The notes under the pieces are model-generated. The model was given only the letters and a program-made list of their open reading frames with translations, made no database searches and was not told the DNA's origin. A DNA stretch of 64,000 nt, taken from an uncultured Phascolarctobacterium sp. (GTDB taxonomy: Bacteria; Bacillota; Negativicutes; Acidaminococcales; Acidaminococcaceae). The translations under genes and the position numbers were made by a program. Of the stretch, positions 57,989 to 64,000 are shown piece by piece (position 1 is the stretch's first letter; the number at the start of each line of letters is the position of its first letter). The stretch covers positions 152 through 64,151 of the forward strand of contig CAYZOZ010000003.1 in assembly GCA_964480295.1 (NCBI GenBank), read 5' to 3'.

Positions 57989-58912
57989 TTGAAAGGAAAA
58001 GTGTTGATTTTTGGTATAGGTGGTTTTGTAGGCTCATATCTTGCCGAGGAATTTATCAATAACGGTTATAAGGTTTACGGAAGTGATATCAATAAGTCAG
58101 ATAATCTTCAAAATGAAGTTGAGTTTTTTGAGGCTGATTTATTGAACAGTGAAAGTGTGCTGAATATTGTTTCGAAAACACAACCCGATATGATAGTAAA
58201 TTTGGCGGCAATAAGCAGTGTGGGTTTGTCTTGGAATATTCCGCAAACAACAATGATGGTTAATGTTGTCGGTGTTTTAAACATTATGGAAGCGGTAAGA
58301 AAACAGAAAAGTATGCCCAAGGTGATTTTTATAGGTTCAAGCGAGGAATATGAAGTATCCGATAAACCTATAAATGAGGAAACAAAACTCAATGCAAACA
58401 ATCCTTACGGAATATCAAAGGTAACACAAGAGAGATTTGCTAAGCTCTATCGTGAACAGTACGGAATGAAGGTGTATTGTGTAAGACCATTCAATCATAC
58501 GGGTGTCGGACAAAAGGATACCTTTGTTCTGTCGAGTTTTTGCAAACAGGTTGCCGAAATAGAAAAAAGCGGTAAACCGGGAATAATAAAGGTTGGTAAT
58601 CTCGCTGTAAAGCGAGATTACAGCCACGTAAAGGATGTAGTTAGGGCTTATCGTATGATTATTGAAAGTGATGATTGTACTAAGGTTTATAATGTAGGTT
58701 CGGGCAAGGCTTACGGAATTGATGAAATGCTTGATTATATTATTTCATTAAGCAGTCAAAAAATAACCGTGGAGGTTGACCCGCAAAGGGTGAGACCTGT
58801 GGATAACCCAATTATTTGTTGTGATAATGGTTTGATTGAAAAAGAACTTGGGTGGACAGCGGAATATACGGTGTTTGATGCGTTGAAAGAAATGTTTGAT
58901 TATTATATATAA
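57989..58912 (+). CDS. rmd: GDP-4-keto-6-deoxy-D-mannose reductase-like SDR
   Basis: GIGGFVG, GSSEEY, NPYGISK, RPFNHTG, GNLAVKRDY; follows gmd. Confidence 0.75.
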   Translation: MKGKVLIFGIGGFVGSYLAEEFINNGYKVYGSDINKSDNLQNEVEFFEADLLNSESVLNIVSKTQPDMIVNLAAISSVGLSWNIPQTTMMVNVVGVLNIMEAVRKQKSMPKVIFIGSSEEYEVSDKPINEETKLNANNPYGISKVTQERFAKLYREQYGMKVYCVRPFNHTGVGQKDTFVLSSFCKQVAEIEKSGKPGIIKVGNLAVKRDYSHVKDVVRAYRMIIESDDCTKVYNVGSGKAYGIDEMLDYIISLSSQKITVEVDPQRVRPVDNPIICCDNGLIEKELGWTAEYTVFDALKEMFDYYI

Positions 58913-58929
58913 AATGGAGGCTAACGCGC

Positions 58930-60078
58930 ATGAAAATAGCTGTTGAGGCGCAGCCATTGCTTGAACAAGGTAAAACAGGTGTTGGCTATTATGGCTATAG
59001 CTTGGTAAAGGAATTGAGTAAGCTGGCGGATACGGAGCTGGTGCTGGAGTTCTTTACTGACCTGCGCACGGATGCTAAAATTGCGGTGGCGAAAAAGCAC
59101 GTTTCCGAGAATATAGCATTAGATCCTTGCCGTTGGTTTAAGGACAGACCTTATAGGTTGTTAACCTCGTTCATACCAATTCCCAGAAGCTTATTCTTTA
59201 AGAATGATGCAGATATGAATTTTTATTTTAACTATCTCGTGCCACCATGTGTACACGGCAAGAAGGTAGTGGTGGTGCACGATATGGCATTTCTCGATTG
59301 TCCGGAGACGGTCAGGGCAAGGACAAAGCAGGCGCTCAAGCAGTTTTTGCCGCGTTCTCTGAAACGCGCTGATAGAATTATTACGCTTTCGACCTTTAGC
59401 AAGCAAAGAATTATGCACTATTATGACGTAGCGCCAGAAAAGATAAGCATCATACAATGCGGCGTGGATACGGAAATTTATTATCAGCATACCGATAAAA
59501 CGGAGCTTGCTAAAACGAAAGCCAAATATGGGATTGGCGACAGGTATCTCTTGTATTTAGGAACGGTGGAGCCACGCAAAAATATTCTGCGGCTTTTGCA
59601 GGCTTATTTGTTATTTAAAAATAATCTTCAAGCTCCGCCTAAGATGGTTATAGCTGGTGGCAAGGGCTGGCTTTATGATGAGATTTTTGCGTTTATCAGC
59701 AAAAACGCCATGGAGCAGGACGTTATTTTTACAGGCTACATTAGTGATGAGGAAAAGGTCGTTTTGCTGAGTGGCGCGGAAATATTTTGCTTTCCGTCGC
59801 TGTATGAGGGCTTTGGCATGCCCGTTCTCGAAGCGATGGCTTGCGGGACTCCCGTGCTTACCTCTAATGCGGCCTCCATGCCGGAGGTGGGCGGAGCTGC
59901 TTGCGAATATTGCGATCCTCTCTCGGTTGAGAACATCTGCAAGGAGCTGGAGCTTTTATGGCAAAATGAGGCACGTAGGCGAGAGCTTTCCACTTTGGGT
60001 GTTGAACGTGCGAAGCTGTTTAATTGGCGTTCGTCCGCCGAAGGTCTGCGGTTGATATTCGAAGAGCTTTTGCCATAA
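58930..60078 (+). CDS. GT4 glycosyltransferase
   Basis: [27 protein letters not shown]. Confidence 0.9.
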   Translation: MKIAVEAQPLLEQGKTGVGYYGYSLVKELSKLADTELVLEFFTDLRTDAKIAVAKKHVSENIALDPCRWFKDRPYRLLTSFIPIPRSLFFKNDADMNFYFNYLVPPCVHGKKVVVVHDMAFLDCPETVRARTKQALKQFLPRSLKRADRIITLSTFSKQRIMHYYDVAPEKISIIQCGVDTEIYYQHTDKTELAKTKAKYGIGDRYLLYLGTVEPRKNILRLLQAYLLFKNNLQAPPKMVIAGGKGWLYDEIFAFISKNAMEQDVIFTGYISDEEKVVLLSGAEIFCFPSLYEGFGMPVLEAMACGTPVLTSNAASMPEVGGAACEYCDPLSVENICKELELLWQNEARRRELSTLGVERAKLFNWRSSAEGLRLIFEELLP

Positions 60079-60112
60079 GAGAGAAAGATAAGGTAAAAAG
60101 GGGTATATTACT

Positions 60113-60892
60113 ATGCTACAGAATCTAACGATTTTTTTACAAAAGAATAAATTCCTTTTTCAAGAGCTGGTGAAGCGCGATTTTAAGCAGAAGTATAAGC
60201 GTACCGTACTGGGCATGGGCTGGAGCGTGCTTTCGCCATTGCTGACGCTGTTGGTGATGAACCTTGTATTTGGCCTGTATTTCGCACGCGGGATCCCGCA
60301 TTACACCACGTTTTTGTTCAGTGGCAATCTGCTTTTCAGCTACTATCGCGAGTCGACGAGCGGCGGTATGAATTCGCTTTTGAGCAACGCGCACATCTTT
60401 ACGAAAATCAACGTGCCGAAGTACATCTTCCTGCTTTCGCGTAATGTATCGGCATTGATAAATTTCGGCTTGACGTTGCTGATATATTTTATCTTCTGTT
60501 TCGTTGATGACATAAAATTTAGCTGGCTTTTCTTGAGTCTCGTATATCCAGTGCTGTGCCTAGTGTTGTTTAATATCGGCACGGGACTAGTGCTGTCAGC
60601 ATTATACGTATTTTATAGGGATATGGGCTATTTGTACGACATCTTTACCATGCTTTTGATGTATTGCTCGGCAATCTTCTATAATGTCGATATTTTGCCG
60701 GCGCGCTATCAGGGGTATTTTATGCTGAATCCAGTGTATACCTATATCAAGTATTTTCGCATGGTGGTATTGCAGGGCGAACTGCCTTCGCTTGAGCATC
60801 ATGCGCTGTGCGCATTTTACGCATTGATGGCGCTAGCGCTTGGAGCATGGGTGTATAAAAAATATAATCATGAGTTTTTGTATTATGTCTAG
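60113..60892 (+). CDS. wzm: Polysaccharide ABC permease Wzm
   Basis: RDFKQKYKRTVLG..W..LSP, multiple TM helices, LNPV. Confidence 0.9.
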   Translation: MLQNLTIFLQKNKFLFQELVKRDFKQKYKRTVLGMGWSVLSPLLTLLVMNLVFGLYFARGIPHYTTFLFSGNLLFSYYRESTSGGMNSLLSNAHIFTKINVPKYIFLLSRNVSALINFGLTLLIYFIFCFVDDIKFSWLFLSLVYPVLCLVLFNIGTGLVLSALYVFYRDMGYLYDIFTMLLMYCSAIFYNVDILPARYQGYFMLNPVYTYIKYFRMVVLQGELPSLEHHALCAFYALMALALGAWVYKKYNHEFLYYV

Positions 60893-60901
60893 GAGCGGGC
60901 T

Positions 60902-61708
60902 ATGAGTATTATTAAAGCGGAAGGCGTGTCGATACGCTATCTGACGGGTGATTTTCGGAACATAGGCTTGAAGGAGTATGTTGTGCGCCGCTTGCAGGGA
61001 GATTATTGTGTGAAGGAGTTTTGGGCAGATCGCGATATTTCCTTTGCCTTGGAGCGTGGCGATATGCTGGGCATCATCGGAACGAACGGAGCGGGGAAGT
61101 CGACTTTGCTGAAGGCGGTGTCAGGTATTATGGTGCCGACGGAGGGACGCATGGAAATCAACGGCTCGGTGGCGGCGCTGCTAGAGCTAGCTAGTGGCTT
61201 TGATAGCGAGCTGACGGTGCGCGAGAACACGTATCTGCGAGGAGCGCTGCTTGGTTATACGCGTGCTTTTATGGACGAGCAGTATGAGGCTATTATTGAT
61301 TTCGCAGAGCTACGAGATTTTCAGGACAGTTTGTTTAAGCAACTTTCAAGCGGGATGAAGAGCCGTCTTGCATTTTCAATTGCTTGCTTGGTGAAGCCTG
61401 ATATTTTAATTTTGGACGAGGTGCTTTCGGTTGGCGATGGTGCGTTTCGCAAGAAGAGTGGCGACAAAATGAAGGGGATACTTGCTGGTGGTGTGACGGG
61501 AATATTGGTGTCGCATTCCGTCAGTCAGGTGCGGGAGCTGTGCAATAGGATTCTGTGGCTGGATCATGGCAAACAGGTTACGTTTAGCAGTGATGTCGCT
61601 TTGTGCTGTGATGCCTATGAGGAGTTTTTGCGCACGAAACAGGTAGTGCCGTCCTCGGATGAGCTGAGTAAGCTGGCGGAAGCTTGGCGTAGTCGTAAAG
61701 CGAAGTAG
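60902..61708 (+). CDS. wzt: Polysaccharide ABC ATPase Wzt (no C-terminal CBM)
   Basis: GTNGAGKST, LSSGMKSRL, ILDEVLSVGD, VSHS; ends about 40 aa after the NBD. Confidence 0.9.
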   Translation: MSIIKAEGVSIRYLTGDFRNIGLKEYVVRRLQGDYCVKEFWADRDISFALERGDMLGIIGTNGAGKSTLLKAVSGIMVPTEGRMEINGSVAALLELASGFDSELTVRENTYLRGALLGYTRAFMDEQYEAIIDFAELRDFQDSLFKQLSSGMKSRLAFSIACLVKPDILILDEVLSVGDGAFRKKSGDKMKGILAGGVTGILVSHSVSQVRELCNRILWLDHGKQVTFSSDVALCCDAYEEFLRTKQVVPSSDELSKLAEAWRSRKAK

Positions 61709-61849
61709 CGATGAGTGTGTGCTTTATGGGAATATGGGAGTAAAAAGACCTTCTATGATAGGCGTTGTAATATAATCTTTCTAAAGTTGACTATGGAAAT
61801 ATTCAAAATCAACTGCAAGAACTTGTAGAGTCTATGAAAGCTTTTTGAT

Positions 61850-61874
61850 AAAACTTTTGCTCTGCAAAAGTTTT
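61850..61874. repeat. Perfect palindrome/hairpin
   Basis: aaaacttttgc-tct-gcaaaagtttt. Confidence 0.6.
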
Positions 61875-61891
61875 GCGGTTCGGTATGCAAT

Positions 61892-62058
61892 ACCGGTGCC
61901 ATTTCTTGGTACTTCTTTGGGCAAGCAAAGAAGTACGAAAAAAAGCCATTAGCGAATATAAATAGCAAACAACCGCAAGCATCAGCCTTACTGATACTTG
62001 CGGTTGTTGAATTTTGTGTCTAAAATTCCCGTTTTAGCCTTTAGGCGTTCCCTTCCCT
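61892..62058 (-). repeat. Structured 3' element, copy 1
   Basis: Direct repeat of 63304-63469; hairpins at 61909-61936 and 61968-62008. Confidence 0.85.
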
Positions 62059-63117
62059 TTACAGCTGTGCCAACAGCTTCGCACGGTCAGCCTGCGGCAC
62101 GTTGAGCAGATTCATTGCTTGCTCAGGCGGATAGTTGCCGTTGGCGATAAGAGCCTTTAAGCTTTCCAGAACGCCGGCGATTCTGCCACGCGCTTCGCCT
62201 TCAGCACGCCCAGCGGCTCTACCACGAGTTTCGCCCTCGGCAAGTCCGGCGGCTCTACCACGAGTTTCGCCCTCGGCAAGTCCGACAGCGCGCCCTTTTT
62301 CATATTTATCCAAACCGATGCCTTCGCTCAAATTACACATATCGGACACCCCGCTTTCAATGCTTTCGGTCATAGGGATATTAAAATCGTTTTCTAAAAT
62401 CCTCATCCTAGTATCAGGCTTTAGATTGTCCGTTAGCAGAACGGACAAGAGCTTGATAATATTATTCTCCAAAGCCTCAATCTGCTCGGAGGTAGTATTT
62501 ATGGTGATAACTGTTTGAATGTCATAAATAGCAGGATCAAGCTTGTAATCGCCTAGGATATTCGTTTCCTTTATAGAGTACGAATTAATAGTATTCGCTG
62601 CTTCCTTGCTTACGCCTGTGTTGATCCAAATGCTGTAGACCTTCTTGATCTTTTGGTACTCGGAGTGCGTAAATTCCCTGCCGTATTGAGAGGAGATGAG
62701 CCTACAGCAGTAGTACAGCGCGCGGCGTACAACGTGGTAGGGGAGGTTCGTTTTTCTCTGCGCCTCGACGTTGATAATGAGCTTGATCAGCTCGTTGTTC
62801 TGCGGCGCGAGAGCGTTGAAGATAATGTCGTAGACGACCTTGCCCTCGTTGATGCTGCTGTCCTCGGTGTTGTTGCCCGTGATCAGGGGCGCGTTGGCTT
62901 CGTTGGGATTCACGCGGTGCGCGCCGATCTCCGGTATGCCTTCGATGTACTTGTTTGTGATGTCCTCGATAGTCGCATCCTTGAACTCAGGCACGCAGGC
63001 TTTCAAAATGTGCGCCAAGATTACCTTCTGCGACAGCAGTCTTTTGCAGACCTCGTCATACTGCTTTTCCTTAGTAGAGAGGAGGTCAGAGCCTAGGATA
63101 GTGTTCCCGTTCATCAT
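62059..63117 (-). CDS. Rpn-family (PD-(D/E)XK, recombination-promoting nuclease/putative transposase) protein, copy 1
   Basis: YDEVCKRLL, YDIIF, INVEAQ, RALYYCCRLIS, KKVYSIWI, MCNLSEG, EG-repeat tail; SD aggag. Confidence 0.88.
   Translation of the reverse strand: MMNGNTILGSDLLSTKEKQYDEVCKRLLSQKVILAHILKACVPEFKDATIEDITNKYIEGIPEIGAHRVNPNEANAPLITGNNTEDSSINEGKVVYDIIFNALAPQNNELIKLIINVEAQRKTNLPYHVVRRALYYCCRLISSQYGREFTHSEYQKIKKVYSIWINTGVSKEAANTINSYSIKETNILGDYKLDPAIYDIQTVITINTTSEQIEALENNIIKLLSVLLTDNLKPDTRMRILENDFNIPMTESIESGVSDMCNLSEGIGLDKYEKGRAVGLAEGETRGRAAGLAEGETRGRAAGRAEGEARGRIAGVLESLKALIANGNYPPEQAMNLLNVPQADRAKLLAQL
62213..62284. repeat. Perfect 2 x 36-bp tandem repeat in the Rpn C-terminus
   Basis: gcggctctaccacgagtttcgccctcggcaagtccg twice; encodes GLAEGETRGRAA-type repeats. 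Confidence 0.9.
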
Positions 63118-63133
63118 ATCAGCTCCTAGCTTA

Positions 63134-63162
63134 ATTATAATGGATTTGTGAATAAAAGTCAT
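63134..63162 (-). promoter_or_regulatory. Promoter of rpn copy 1
   Basis: Minus strand ATGACT-N17-TATAAT. Confidence 0.5.
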
Positions 63163-63303
63163 TAGAGCATAAGGAATTTTAGAAGATTTCTTTTTGCAGC
63201 TTATAAAGCTGCTTACACTTCAATAATACTCTGAAAATTTATAGATGTCAAGAGAAAATATATAAAAAGCTATTTTGCGAGAAGGGGACTAGGGGCTGCT
63301 TTA

Positions 63304-63469
63304 ACCGGTGCCATTTCTTGGTACTTCTTTGGGCAAGCAAAGAAGTACGAAAAAAGCATTAAAGCATATAAATACCAAAACAACCGCAAGCATCAGCCTT
63401 ACTGATACTTGCGGTTGTTGAATTTTGGAGTCTAAAATTACCGTTTTAGCCTTTAGGCGTTCCCTGCCT
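63304..63469 (-). repeat. Structured 3' element, copy 2
   Basis: Hairpins at 63321-63348 and 63379-63419, identical to copy 1. Confidence 0.85.
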
Positions 63470-64000
63470 TTACAGCTGTGCCAGTAGCTTCGCTCGATCG
63501 GCTTGCGGCACGCCAAGAAAGTCCATGGCGGATTCGGGGGACATATTACCGTTCTTTATTGCGTTTTTGAGACTTCTCAAAACGCCGAAAATTTCTCCGG
63601 CGGCTCTACCATGCGCTTCGCCTTCAGCGCGCCCAGCGGCTCTACCACGAGTTTCGCCCTCGGCAAGACCAGCGGCAAGACCTTGCTTTAAGCCTTTTTC
63701 ATATTTATCCAAACCGATGCCTTCGCTCAAATTACACATATCGGACACCCCGCTTTCAATGCTTTCGGTCATAGGGATATTAAAATCGTTTTCTAAAATC
63801 CTCATCCTAGTATCAGGCTTTAGATTGTCCGTTAGCAGAACGGACAAGAGCTTGATAATATTATTCTCCAAAGCCTCAATCTGCTCGGAGGTAGTATTTA
63901 TGGTGATAACTGTTTGAATGTCATAAATAGCAGGATCAAGCTTGTAATCGCCTAGGATATTCGTTTCCTTTATCGAGTACGAATTAATGGTATTCGCTGC
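63470..64000 (-). CDS. Rpn-family protein, copy 2 (5' part outside the window)
   Basis: Open frame to the window edge; 63693-64000 matches 62294-62601 at 306/308 nt. Confidence 0.88.
   Translation of the reverse strand, partial: AANTINSYSIKETNILGDYKLDPAIYDIQTVITINTTSEQIEALENNIIKLLSVLLTDNLKPDTRMRILENDFNIPMTESIESGVSDMCNLSEGIGLDKYEKGLKQGLAAGLAEGETRGRAAGRAEGEAHGRAAGEIFGVLRSLKNAIKNGNMSPESAMDFLGVPQADRAKLLAQL

Noticed and set aside
61753-61968. 71-aa and similar small minus-strand ORFs in the Rpn 3' elements (also 63301-63516)
   Set aside because: No SD, not conserved in frame between the two repeat copies, and they overlap hairpins.
61892-63469. Repeated hairpin units and the 36-bp repeat considered as a CRISPR array
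   Set aside because: Only two dispersed copies about 1.4 kb apart. The tandem repeat is coding and has no spacers, and there are no cas genes.
62059-64000. Rpn genes as insertion sequences
   Set aside because: No terminal inverted repeats or target-site duplications were seen. The 'putative transposase' label of this family is not supported by demonstrated transposition.

Overview
Gene-dense chromosomal segment, almost all on the + strand, from a diderm Firmicute. The gene set and order point to Negativicutes, probably Selenomonadaceae-like (inference). 415-8201: LptD-like gene, complete ADP-heptose pathway (gmhA, hldE, hldD, gmhB), two GT9 heptosyltransferases and a degenerate DUF3226-like protein. 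8581-49196: the large outer-membrane biogenesis cluster, with murA, mreB/mbl, AMIN-phosphodiester glycosidase, SpoIVB-type peptidase, mlaEFD, tolC, tamB, a sigma-70 factor, a membrane protein, bamA, a POTRA-like OMP, three Skp/OmpH, lpxD/L/C, fabZ, lpxA/I/B, msbA, fused waaA-lpxK, kdsB/A/D/C, a second lpxL, lptC/A/B/FG, DUF3084 and a YqgF-like gene. 50054-61708: an AT-richer ABC-transporter-dependent surface polysaccharide (O-antigen-like) locus with manC, GT4s, a stand-alone coiled-coil protein, a 1214-aa GT4-GT4-Stealth-like enzyme, gmd, rmd, wzm and wzt. Its promoter has a G8 tract in the spacer. 61892-64000: two tandem minus-strand Rpn (PD-(D/E)XK) genes with a near-identical core, divergent C-terminal modules preceded by an internal SD+ATG, and a shared structured 3' element. 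No rRNA, tRNA, CRISPR array or intact IS was recognised. All assignments come from motif recognition by eye; no database searches were run.
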